From an uncultured Actinomycetota bacterium (GTDB lineage: Bacteria > Actinomycetota > Actinomycetes > Mycobacteriales > SCTD01): DNA of 64,000 nucleotides. The notes below the pieces were generated by a model. The model was not told the origin of the DNA. It searched no databases and saw only the letters and a program-made list of their open reading frames with translations. The stretch covers positions 3,324 to 67,323 of the forward strand of contig CAWDYD010000003.1 in assembly GCA_963806415.1 (NCBI GenBank), written 5' to 3'. Shown piece by piece: positions 10,974 through 21,438 of the stretch; the first letter of the stretch is position 1; the number at the start of each line of letters is the position of its first letter. The position numbers and the translations under genes were made by a program.

Positions 10974-12579
10974 GTGGGCGACCTCTTCGACGGCTACCAG
11001 CTCGACAGCGGCGGTGCCTACGACGAGGTCTTCGACCGCAGCGGGCGCCCGCACGAGGCCAGCGCCGCCCTGCACGCCGCGCTCCAGCAGCTCTCGACGA
11101 CCGACCTCGACAGCCGCACCGCCGCGCTCGCGCGGGCCTTCCGCGACCAGGGCGTCACCTTCAGCCTGTCCGGTGAGGAGCGGCCGTTCCCGCTCGACCT
11201 CGTGCCCCGGGTCGTCGCCGCCGACGGAGTGGGACGGTCGTCGAGCGCGGCGTCGCGCCAGCGGGTCCGCGCGCTCGAGGCGTTCCTCGCCGACGTGTAC
11301 GGCGCGCAGGCAGGTCCTGCGGCGACGGGGTCGTGCCGCGCCGCGTCGTGCGTCAGCAGCACGCGCCCACACCCGCGGCGGCGCTACGGCATCGCAGCCG
11401 CCCAACGGCGTGCGCGTCCACGTCACCGGCATCGACCTGATCCGCGACGAGCAGGGCCGCGTTCCGGGTGCTCGAGGACAACCTGCGCACGCCCAGTCGG
11501 GCGTCAGCTACGTGCATGGAGAACCGCCGGGCGATGACGCGGGTGTTCCCGGAGCTGTTCGCCACGCACCGGGTCCGGCCGGTCGCCGACTACCCGGCCC
11601 GGCTGCTGCGCGGCGCTGCAGGCGGCGGCCCCGGCCGGCGTCGACGACCCGACCGTCGTCGTGCTCACCCCGGGCGTCTACAACAGCGCCTACTTCGAGC
11701 ACTCGCTGCTGGCCCGGCTGATGGGCGTCGAGCTCGTCGAGGGCCGCGACCTGGTCTGCCGCGACGGCACCGTCTGGATGCGCACCACCGAGGGCGAGCG
11801 CCGCGTCGACGTCGTCTACCGGCGGATCGACGACGAGTTCCTCGACCCGCTGCACTTCCGCCCCGACTCGCTGGTCGGCTGCCCGGGCCTGCTCAACGCC
11901 GCCCGGGCCGGCCGGCGTCACGATCGCCAACGCGGTCGGCAACGGCGTCGCCGACGACAAGCTGCTCTACACCTACGTCCCGGAGCTCGATCCGCTACTA
12001 CCTGGGCGAGGAGCCGGTGCTGCCGAACGTCGACACCTACCGCCTGCGAGGACCCCGACGCAGCTGGCCTAGGTGCTCGACCGCCTCGACGAGCTGGTGC
12101 TCAAGCCCGTCGACGGCTCCGGCGGCAAGGGCCTGGTCATCGGACCGCAGGCCACCGACGAGCGAGCTGGCGCGCGCTGCGCGCCGCGGTCGCAGGCCGA
12201 CCCGCGCGGCTGGATCGCGCAGCGGGTGGTGCGCCTGTCGACCGGCCCGACCCAGATCGGCGACCGGCTCGCGCCGCGCCACGTCGACCTGCGCCCGTTC
12301 GCGGTGAACGACGGCGAGCGACGTCTGGGTGCTGCCCGGGCGGGCTGACCCGGGTGGCGCTGCCGGAGGGCTCGCTGGTCGTCAACTCCAGCCAGGGCGG
12401 CGGCACCAAGGACACCTGGGTGCTGGCCGACGGCGAGCGCCGACGCCGAGAGCGCGCGCCGGGCGGCCGCCGCTGCTGCCGCGGCCCGGCCCGGCGCCGG
12501 CACGCCGCTCGACGCCGGCCGCCGGCGCTGGCCGGCCAGCAGCAGCAGCAGCAGCAGCACGGAGGGACCGCCGTGCTGA
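10974..12579 (+). CDS. Circularly permuted type 2 ATP-grasp protein (multiple frameshifts)
   Basis: Fragments [93 protein letters not shown]; poly-Q tail. Confidence 0.9.
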
Positions 12580-13528
12580 GCCGGGTCGCCGAGTCGCTGT
12601 ACTGGATCGGGCGCTACGTCGAGCGGGCCGAGGACACCGCCCGCCTGCTCGACGTGCACGTGCACGCGCTGCTCGAGGACCCGTGGGTCGACGAGGCAGC
12701 AGGCCTGCCGCGACGCTGCTCCGGGTCATGGGGCGAGCCGGTGCCCGAGGGCCGCTCGACGCCCGCGGCACCGACCGAGCTGCTGGCGCTTCGCCGCGCA
12801 GCGAGCCGAGCACGATCGTCGGCGCGCTGGCCGCGGCCCGGGAGAACGCCCGCGGGGTCCGCGAGGCGCTGTCCAGCGAGCTGTGGGAGTGCCTCAACAC
12901 CACGTACCACGCCCTGCCGGCGCAGGAGGTCGGCCGCGAGCGCGCTCGGCCCGCACGGCTTCTTCCGCTACGTGCGCGAGCGCGGCGGCGGTGGTCGCCG
13001 GGCCTGCTCGACGCCACGATGCCGCGCGACGACGGCTGGCGGTTCCTCGTGCTGGGCCGCTCGCTGGAGCGGGTCGACATGACCGCCCGGCTGCTGCGGC
13101 TCGCGGGTCGGCCGGTCCAGCGCCAGCGCCGGCTGGGTGGACGCTGCTCAAGCGCTGCAGCGCGCACGAGGCCTACCTGCGCACCTACCGGGCGGCGGTC
13201 GAGCCGGACCGGGTCGTCGAGTTCCTCGTGCTGGACCGGCTGTTCCCGCGCTCGGTCTACGCGGCGCTGGTCGCAGGCCGAGACCGTGCCTGGACGAGCT
13301 GGACCCCGAGCGCCGGCCGCGCCGGGCGTCGACGACGCGGCCCGCCGGCTGCTCGGCCGGGCCCGCACCGACCTGGAGTTCCGGACCCGCGACGAGCTGC
13401 TCGCCGACCTGCCGTCGCAGCTGGACATGCTGCAGCGCACCGTGCTCGCGAGGCCGGCGACGCGCGTCGGCCGCGCTACTTCCGCGCGCGGCACGGCGCT
13501 GGCCTGGACCGCGGAGGCGCAGGCGTGA
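12573..13528 (+). CDS. Alpha-E domain protein (multiple frameshifts)
   Basis: [51 protein letters not shown]; GGAGG RBS. Confidence 0.88.
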
Positions 13529-14386
13529 CCTGGCGGCTGCAGGTCCGGCACACCACCGGCTACCGCTACGACAGCGCGGTGACCGCCTCCTACAACGAGG
13601 CCCGGCTGACGCCGCAGACCGACGCCGGCGCAGCTCACCCTCGAGTCGACGGTCGTCACCACCCCGTCGGCGCGCCAGCAGCGCTACTGGGACTACTGGG
13701 GCACCCAGGTCACGTCCTTCGACGTGCACGCGCCGCACACCGAGCTCGAGGTCACCGCGACCTCGGTCGTCGAGACGGCCGACGCCGAGCCGCCGCCGCA
13801 GGACGCGACCGGCTGGGACGCTGCTCGCGCTCGGCGACGGTGCGCGACCGCTACGTCGAGCTGCTGTCGCCGACGCGGCCGGCACCGCCCGGACGCCGAC
13901 CTGCTGGCGGTGGCGCGCGCAGGTCGCCGGCGCCCTGCCGCCGTACGAGCGGCCGTGCGCGCGCTCGTGCGACCGGGTCGCACGACACGGTCGCCTACCG
14001 GCCGGGCACCACCGGCGTGCCGACCAGCGCCGTGGAGGCCTGGCGGCTCGGCGCCGGGCGTCTGCCAGGACATCGCGCACGTCAGCCTCGCGCTGCTGCG
14101 GGCCGCCGGACGTGCCGGCCCGCTACGTCTCCGGCTACCTGCACCCCGGCGGGCCGGACGCCGCCGATCGGCGAGCTGGTCCGCGGCGAGAGCCACGCCT
14201 GGGTCGAGGTGTGGCTGGGCCGGTGGTGGGCCTACGACCCGACCAACGCCGAGCCCGGCCGGGCAGCGGCACGTCGTCGTGGCGCGCGGCCGCGACTACG
14301 GCGACGTCCCGCCGCTCAAGGGCGTCTACGCCGGCGGCGGCTCGCAGTCGCTGGGCGTGGTGGTCGAGGTGACCCGCCTGGCGTAG
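13525..14386 (+). CDS. Transglutaminase family protein (multiple frameshifts)
   Basis: [53 protein letters not shown]. Confidence 0.88.
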
Positions 14387-14424
14387 CCGTCGGGCGCCGC
14401 GCCGCCGGCTCCGTACGATGGGGC

Positions 14425-16249
14425 GTGCCCACGACGGACCCGGCGGTCATCCGGAACTTCTGCATCATCGCCCACATCGACCACGGCAAGTCGACGCTGG
14501 CCGACCGGATGCTGCAGCTCACGGGTGTCGTCGACGCCCGGGCCATGCGGGCGCAGTACCTCGACAAGATGGACATCGAGCGCGAGCGCGGCATCACCAT
14601 CAAGGCGCAGAACGTGCGGATGCCGTGGACGGCCGACGACGGCCGCGACTACGTCCTCAACATGATCGACACGCCCGGGCACGTCGACTTCACCTACGAG
14701 GTGTGCCGCAGTCGCTGGCCGCCTGCGAGGGCACGGTGCTGCTCGTCGACGCCGCGCAGGGCATCGAGGCGCAGACGCTGGCCAACCTCTACCTGGCGCT
14801 CGAGAACGACCTGCACATCATCCCGGTGCTCAACAAGATCGACCTGCCCGCGGCGCAGCCCGAGAAGTACGCCGAGGAGGTCGCGAAGATCATCGGCTGC
14901 GAGCCGGACGACGTGCTGCGGATCAGCGCCAAGACCGGGGAGGGCGTCGAGGACGTGCTGAACGCGATCGTGCCGCGACGTGCCCGCGCCGATCGGCGAC
15001 GTCGACGCCCCCGCCCGGGCGATGATCTTCGACTCGGTCTACGACACCTACCGCGGCGTCATCACCTACGTCCGGGTGTTCGACGGCCAGCTGACCACCA
15101 AGGACCGCGGCCTGATGATGTCGCACCCGGAACGCCCACGAGATCCTCGAGGTCGGCGTCATCTCCCCGGAGATGATGCCCACCGAGGGCTCTCGGCCGG
15201 CGAGGTCGGCTACCTCATCCCCGGCGTGAAGAACGTCCGCCAGGCCCGGGTCGGCGACACCGCTCACCACGGTCCGCAACGCCGCGACCGCCTCGCTCGG
15301 CGGCTACCGCGACCCCCGGCCGATGGTGTTCTCCGGCCTGTACCCGCTCGACGGCACCGACTACCCGGCGCTGCGCGAGGCCCTGGACAAGCTGCAGCTC
15401 AACGACGCCGCGCTGGTCTACGAGCCGGAGACCTCCGCCGCGCTCGGCTTCGGCTTCCGCGTCGGCTTCCTCGGCCTGCTGCACCTGGAGATCGTCCGGG
15501 AGCGCCTCGAGCGCGAGCACGGCCTGTCGCTGATCTCGACCGCGCCCAACGTGGTCTACCGGGTGACGCTGGAGTCCGGCGAGGAGGTGGTCGTCACCAA
15601 CCCGAGCGACTGGCCGACCGGCGGCAAGATCGCGGAGATCTCCGAGCCGGTGGTCAAGGCGATGCTGCTGCTGCCGAGCGACTTCGTCGGCGCCGTGATG
15701 GAGCTGTGCCAGGGCCGCCGCGGCGTGCTGCAGGGCATGGACTACCTGTCCGAGGACCGGGTCGAGCTGCGCTACACGCTGCCGCTCGGCGAGATCATCT
15801 TCGACTTCTTCGACCAGCTGAAGTCCCGGACCCGCGGCTACGCCAGCCTGGACTACGAGCCGGCCGGCGACCAGGTCAGCGACCTCGTCAAGGTCGACAT
15901 CCTGCTGCAGGGCGAGGCGGTCGACGCGTTCAGCGCGATCGTGCACAAGGACAAGGCGTACGCCTACGGCACGTCGATGGCGACCAAGCTGCGCGAGCTC
16001 ATCCCACGCCAGCAGTTCGAGGTGCCGATCCAGGCCGCCATCGGCGCCCGGGTCATCGCCCGCGAGAACATCCGCGCGATCCGCAAGGACGTGCTCGCGA
16101 AGTGCTACGGCGGTGACATCACCCGCAAGCGCAAGCTGCTGGAGAAGCAGAAGGAGGGCAAGAAGCGGATGAAGATGGTCGGCCGGGTCGAGGTGCCGCA
16201 GGAGGCCTTCATCGCCGCGCTGTCCACCGGTGAGGGCGGCCCGTCCTGA
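14425..16249 (+). CDS. lepA: Elongation factor 4 (frameshifted in this sequence)
   Basis: [57 protein letters not shown]. Confidence 0.96.
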
Positions 16250-16272
16250 CCGCCGTGCGGTAGGCACGGGGC

Positions 16273-18289
16273 GTGACGACCCCCTTCGCCGATCTCGACA
16301 CCTACCTCGCGCTGCCCCGGCTGTCCGGCCTGGCGCTGAGCCCGGACGGCCGCCGGCTGGTGACCTCGGTGGCGACGCTGCGCCCCGACGGCACCCGGTA
16401 CGTCAGCGCCCTGTGGGAGGTCGACCCGGCCGGCGAGCGGCCGGCCCGCCGGCTCACCCGCAGCCGCGACGGCGAGACCGCTGCCGGTGTTCGCCGCCGA
16501 CGGCGCGCTGCTGTTCACCTCCCGGCGGGCCGACCCCGACGCCGACACCGGCGACGCGGCAGCGGTCGCTGCGCTGTGGCACCTGCCCGACGGCGGCGAG
16601 GCCCGGGTGGTCGGCACCCGGCCCGGCGGGGTCGGCGCGGTGGTGGCGGCCCGGACCGGCGGCACGGTCGTCGCGCTGTCACCCACGCTGCCCGGCTCGG
16701 GCACCGGGGACGACGACGGCGAGCGGCGCGGGCGCCGCACTCGGCGCGGCGTCACCGCCGTGCTGCACGAGGGCTACCCGGTCCGGCACTGGGACGCCGA
16801 CCTCGGCCCGGCGCAGCCGCGGCTGCTGGCGGCCGACCTGACGGCCGACCTGACGGCGGAGGCGTCCGCGGTCTGGCGGGACCTGACCCCGGCCCCCGGC
16901 CGGGCGCTCGACGAGGCGGCGCTCGACCTGACGCCCGACGGGTCGACGGCCGTGAGCACCTGGCGCACCCCGGACGCCGCCGGAGCGCTGCGCACCGGGC
17001 TGGTCGCCGTCGACACCGCCACCGGCGCACGCCGGGTGCTCGACGACGGCGCCGCCGGGGACGCGAGCGAGCCGCAGGTGTCGCCGGACGGGCGGACGGT
17101 CGCCTTCGTCCGGGAGCTGCGCGCCGGCCCGGACGAGCCGGTCGACCTGCGGCTGTGCCTGGTCCCGCTGGACGGCGCGGCGGCCCCCGCGGAGCTCGCC
17201 GCCGGCTGGGACCGCTGGCCCGCGGGCCCGCGCTGGACGCCGGACGGCTCGGCGGTGCTGGTGACCGCCGACGAGCAGGGTGCCCGGCCGGTGTTCCGGG
17301 TCGACGTGCGGACCGGCGAGGTGCGCCGGCTGACCGGGGACCGCGGGCACTACACGGACCTGCTGGTGGGCCCCGACGGCACCCTGTACGCGCTGCGCGA
17401 CGCCGTGGACGCCCCGCCGGCCCCGGTGCGGCTGTCGCCGGACGCCGCCGACCAGCGACCTGTCGCGCTGCCCGGGCCGACCGCCGACCCGGAGCTGCCC
17501 GGCACGCTGGCCGAGGTCCGGACCCGCGCCGCGGACGGCACGTCGCTGCGCGCGTGGCTGGTGCTGCCCGAGGGCGACGGCCCGCACCCGCTGCTGCTGT
17601 GGGCGCACGGCGGCCCGCTGGGCTCGTGGAACGGCTGGTCCTGGCGATGGCAGCCGTGGCGGCTCGCCGCGCAGGGCTACGCCGTGCTGCTGCCCGACCC
17701 GGCGCTGTCGACCGGCTACGGCCGGCAGATGGTCCGCCGCGGCTGGGGGGACTGGGGCGGCGCACCGTACGACGACGTGCTGGCGCTGCTCGACGCGGCG
17801 CTGCAGCGGTCCGACCTCGACGCCGGGCGGACCGCCGCGATGGGCGGTTCCTACGGCGGCTACCTCGTCAACTGGATCGCCGGGCACACCGACCGGTTCC
17901 GGGCCATCGTCAGCCACGCCGGGCTCTGGGACCTGACGCAGTTCCGCGGCACCACCGACGTGTCGTACTACTGGGTCCGCGAGATGACCCCGGAGCGGGC
18001 CCGGGCGTGCTCCCCGAGCGCTCACGCCGACGCCGTCCGGACGCCGATGCTCGTCGTGCACGGCGACAAGGACTACCGGGTGCCGGTCGGCGAGGGGCTG
18101 CGGCTGTGGTGGGACCTGGTCTCCCGGCACCGGGACGGCGACCTGCCGCACCGCTTCCTGCTGTTCCCGGACGAGGGGCACTGGGTGCTGTCCCCGCAGA
18201 ACGCTCGGACCTGGTACGAGACCGTCGAGGCCTTCCTCGCCTGGCACGTGCTCGGCGAGCCGTGGGCCGTTCCGGACGTGCTGCGCTGA
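16273..18289 (+). CDS. S9 family peptidase (one frameshift near 16480)
   Basis: SPDG propeller repeats, HGGP, GGSYGG, DYRV, DEGH. Confidence 0.9.
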
Positions 18290-18299
18290 CCGCCCGGGG

Positions 18300-19007
18300 T
18301 CAGCGGGTGTCGACGACCTGGTACCCCTCGGCGAGCCGGCCCTCGGGCAGGCCGTGCTCGCGCGCGGTCCGTCCCAGGAAGTCGCGCAGCTCCTCCTCGA
18401 CGCTGCGCTGCAGCATCGGGGTCTGGCTGCCGTGCGCCGCACATGCCTTGACCTTGGCGTCGAACACGTCGGTGACGTCGAAGGCGGTGTTGTCCGCGGG
18501 GCCGCCGAACAGCCAGACCTGCGGCACCTCCCACGGCGGCAGCTCCAGCTCGTCCGGCGGGAAGGCGAACGCGTTGCGGGCGTCCGGGTAGACCGCCGCC
18601 AGCACCGCGGCGCCGGTCGCCAGGTGGTCCGGGTGGTACAGGTAGACGAAGCGCAGGTCGCGGTCGGGGGAGTGGGTGACCACCGCCTCCGGGCGCACCT
18701 CCCGCAGGACGCGGGCCAGGTCGCGGCGCAGGTCCCGGTCCACGGTCACCCAGCCGTCCGGGCGGCCCAGGAAGCGCACGTCGTGCACCCCCAGCGCGTC
18801 GGCGGCGGCGCGCTGCTCGTCCCGGCGGATGCCGGGGACGTCGGCGCGGGCGACGTCGGCGTCGAACCCGCCGCTGTCGCCGTCGGTGACGCAGACGATG
18901 GTGACCGCGCAGCCCGCGGCCGCCCAGGCGGCGACCAGGCCGCCCGCGCCGAAGTCGACGTCGTCGGGGTGCGCGCCGATGACGACGGCTCGGGTCGGGG
19001 TGCTCAT
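18300..19007 (-). CDS. PIG-L family deacetylase
   Basis: AHPDD, VTDGD, RRDEQ, HPDH, HGSQ. Confidence 0.9.
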   Translation of the reverse strand: MSTPTRAVVIGAHPDDVDFGAGGLVAAWAAAGCAVTIVCVTDGDSGGFDADVARADVPGIRRDEQRAAADALGVHDVRFLGRPDGWVTVDRDLRRDLARVLREVRPEAVVTHSPDRDLRFVYLYHPDHLATGAAVLAAVYPDARNAFAFPPDELELPPWEVPQVWLFGGPADNTAFDVTDVFDAKVKACAAHGSQTPMLQRSVEEELRDFLGRTAREHGLPEGRLAEGYQVVDTR

Positions 19008-19624
19008 GACCGCGGTGTGCCCAGAAGCGAGCGCACGTGACCGGTCTCGTTCAGACTGATCACGCCGCGCCGGCCGTCCCGGGCCGCCCCGACCCGGGAC
19101 AGCGAGCAGTACGCCGGCGCGAACCAGATCGCCCGGTCCTGCCCCAGCAGGTGCCCGAGGTAGGCGTTGCAGGCGCCGGCGTGGGTGAACAGCACCGCCC
19201 TGCCGCCCGGGTGCGCCGCCGCGACCGCCTCGACCGCCGCGACGACCCGGCGCCGGAAGGCGTCCGGGTCGACCCCCGGTGCGTACAGCTCGCCCCGTTG
19301 CAGCGCGTGCCAACGCGGGTCGTCCGCCGCCCGCAGCTCCTCGACCGGGACGTAGGAGGACTCGCCGCTGTCGAACTCGGCCAGCCCGTCCGCGACGACG
19401 GGCGTCAGGCCTCGCGCGTCGGCGAGCGGCTGCGCGGTCTGCCGGGCGCGGGCCAGCGGGGAGGTGTAGACGGCCGTCACGTCCTCGCCGGCCAGCGCCG
19501 CGACCACCGCCCGGGCCTGCTCGACGCCGCGCGGCGCGAGACCCGGGTCGGCGGGGCCGGCGTGCGGGCCGTCGCCCGCGTCGATGCGCAGCGGAAGGGC
19601 GTGCCGGACGAGGACGAGCTCCAT
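19004..19624 (-). CDS. Histidine phosphatase family protein
   Basis: LVRHA, SPLARARQTA, LAEFD, FTHAG, LNETGH; ATG 7 nt after TAGGGT. Confidence 0.9.
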   Translation of the reverse strand: MELVLVRHALPLRIDAGDGPHAGPADPGLAPRGVEQARAVVAALAGEDVTAVYTSPLARARQTAQPLADARGLTPVVADGLAEFDSGESSYVPVEELRAADDPRWHALQRGELYAPGVDPDAFRRRVVAAVEAVAAAHPGGRAVLFTHAGACNAYLGHLLGQDRAIWFAPAYCSLSRVGAARDGRRGVISLNETGHVRSLLGTPRS

Positions 19625-19663
19625 CCGGGCGACCCTAGGCGAGCCGGTGCCCGACACTGGAGC

Positions 19664-20836
19664 GTGCCCAGTGCCCTGCCCTCCGGCGAACCCGTCCCGG
19701 CCGACGGCGCGCTGCCCGACGGCGTGCGGGTGAGCCAGCCGTTCGGGATGTACGTCCACGTGCCGTTCTGTGCCAGCCGCTGCGGCTACTGCGACTTCAA
19801 CACCTACACCGGGCTGGACGCGCTGCACGGCTCGTGGGCCGACGCGGCGGTGCGGGAGGTCCGCCTCGCCCGGGCGGTGCTCGGGCCGACGCCGGTGCAG
19901 ACCGTGTTCGTCGGCGGCGGCACCCCGACGCTGCTGCCCCCGGCCGACCTGGTGCGGGTGCTGCAAGAGATCGACGCCTGCTTCGGGCTCGCCCCCGGCG
20001 CCGAGGTGACCACCGAGGCCAACCCCGACTCGGTCGACCCGGCGTCGCTCGCGGCGCTGCGCGAGGGCGGCTTCACCCGCGTCTCGTTCGGGATGCAGTC
20101 GGCGGCGGCGCACGTGCTGCAGGTGCTGGACCGCACGCACACCCCGGGCCGGCCGCAGGCGGCCGCCCGGGAGGCGCTGCAGGCCGGCTTCGACGAGGTC
20201 TCGCTCGACCTCATCTACGGCACGCCGGGCGAGACCGACGACGACTGGAAGCGGTCGCTGGCCGCCGCCCGACAGGCCGGGCCGACGCACGTCTCGGCGT
20301 ACGCGCTGATCGTCGAGGACGGCACCGCGCTCGGCCGGGCGGTCGCCCGCGGCGCGCTCCCCGCCCCCGACGACGACGTGCTCGCCGACCGGTACCTGCT
20401 CGCCGAGGCGGCGCTCGGCGACCTCGGCTGGTACGAGGTGAGCAACTGGGGCCGGCCGTGCCGGCACAACCTGGGCTACTGGCGCGGGGCCGACTGGTGG
20501 GGGATCGGCCCGGGGGCGCACAGCCACGTCGGCGGGGTCCGCTGGTGGAACGCCAAGCACCCGACGACCTGGGCGGCCGCGCTGGAGGACGGCTCACCCG
20601 GCGCCGGCCGGGAGCTGCTGACCGCCGAGGACCGCCGGGTCGAGCGGGTGCTGCTGGAGGTCCGGCTGCGGGAGGGCCTGGCGCTGGACGTCCTGCGGCC
20701 GGCCGGCCGGACGGCCGCGCAGCGCTTCGCCGCCGAGGGGCTGCTGGAGGCCGGCGCGCTGGCCGCCGGTCGGGCGGTGCTGACCCTGCGGGGGCGGCTG
20801 CTGGCCGACGCCGTGGTGCGCGACCTCGTCGACTGA
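19664..20836 (+). CDS. hemW: Radical SAM heme chaperone HemW
   Basis: YVHVPFCASRCGYCDF, GGGTP, EANP, YEVSNW. Confidence 0.93.
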   Translation: MPSALPSGEPVPADGALPDGVRVSQPFGMYVHVPFCASRCGYCDFNTYTGLDALHGSWADAAVREVRLARAVLGPTPVQTVFVGGGTPTLLPPADLVRVLQEIDACFGLAPGAEVTTEANPDSVDPASLAALREGGFTRVSFGMQSAAAHVLQVLDRTHTPGRPQAAAREALQAGFDEVSLDLIYGTPGETDDDWKRSLAAARQAGPTHVSAYALIVEDGTALGRAVARGALPAPDDDVLADRYLLAEAALGDLGWYEVSNWGRPCRHNLGYWRGADWWGIGPGAHSHVGGVRWWNAKHPTTWAAALEDGSPGAGRELLTAEDRRVERVLLEVRLREGLALDVLRPAGRTAAQRFAAEGLLEAGALAAGRAVLTLRGRLLADAVVRDLVD

Positions 20837-20846
20837 ACCGCCGGCC

Positions 20847-21179
20847 TCAGCGCAGCAGGTGCAGCGTCAGCGGGTAGCGGAACGGCCGGCCCTGCCAGGC
20901 GGCCACCGCCGCCAGGACGCTGGCGACGAGGAAGAACACGCCCAGCAGCGGGAGCAGCACGAACCCGATCAGCACGAGCAGCAGCAGCGCCGAGATGAAG
21001 GCGTAGACCGCCGTCGTGAGGTGGAAGTTCAGCGCCTCGGCGGCGTGCGCCCGGACGAAGGGGCGGTCCGCGCGCAGCAGGTAGACGATCAGCGGGACGA
21101 GGATGGGCAGGCCCACCACCCAGGACAGGTGGCCGATCAGCGCCAGCACGGTGTCCTCGGAGCGCTCGGCCTGCGTCAT
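20847..21179 (-). CDS. DUF4870-like membrane protein
   Basis: FVRAHAAEALNFHLT...GRPFRYP pattern with 3 TM segments. Confidence 0.8.
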   Translation of the reverse strand: MTQAERSEDTVLALIGHLSWVVGLPILVPLIVYLLRADRPFVRAHAAEALNFHLTTAVYAFISALLLLVLIGFVLLPLLGVFFLVASVLAAVAAWQGRPFRYPLTLHLLR

Positions 21180-21438
21180 GGCCGCAGCGTAGGGACGGCA
21201 GGTCCGGCTGCCAACCGGTCCGTCGCCGTCGCGGACCGTGACCGAGGGCACACCCCCGGCCGACGCCCGGTGGCGATGCGGCCGCTAGACTGAGCCGTCG
21301 ACGGCCCGTGGTGCCGTCCACTCCCGCGGGCGAGCCGCCCGTCGGTCGTTGCGTACGCGCTCCTCCTCCGGCTTCCACCGGTCAGGCCCTCGCGCTGCAG
21401 CACTCGTCGCGACCCCTGAACTGTGATGGAGCCTTTCT

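Noticed and set aside
12420-12700. True ATP-grasp/alpha-E fusion
   Set aside because: The in-frame join lies in an error-rich stretch; the RBS and start/stop overlap support separate genes
10462-16249. Programmed frameshifting or pseudogenisation of rpsT/lepA
   Set aside because: Too many indels across unrelated neighbouring genes and no slippery motifs; sequence error is simpler
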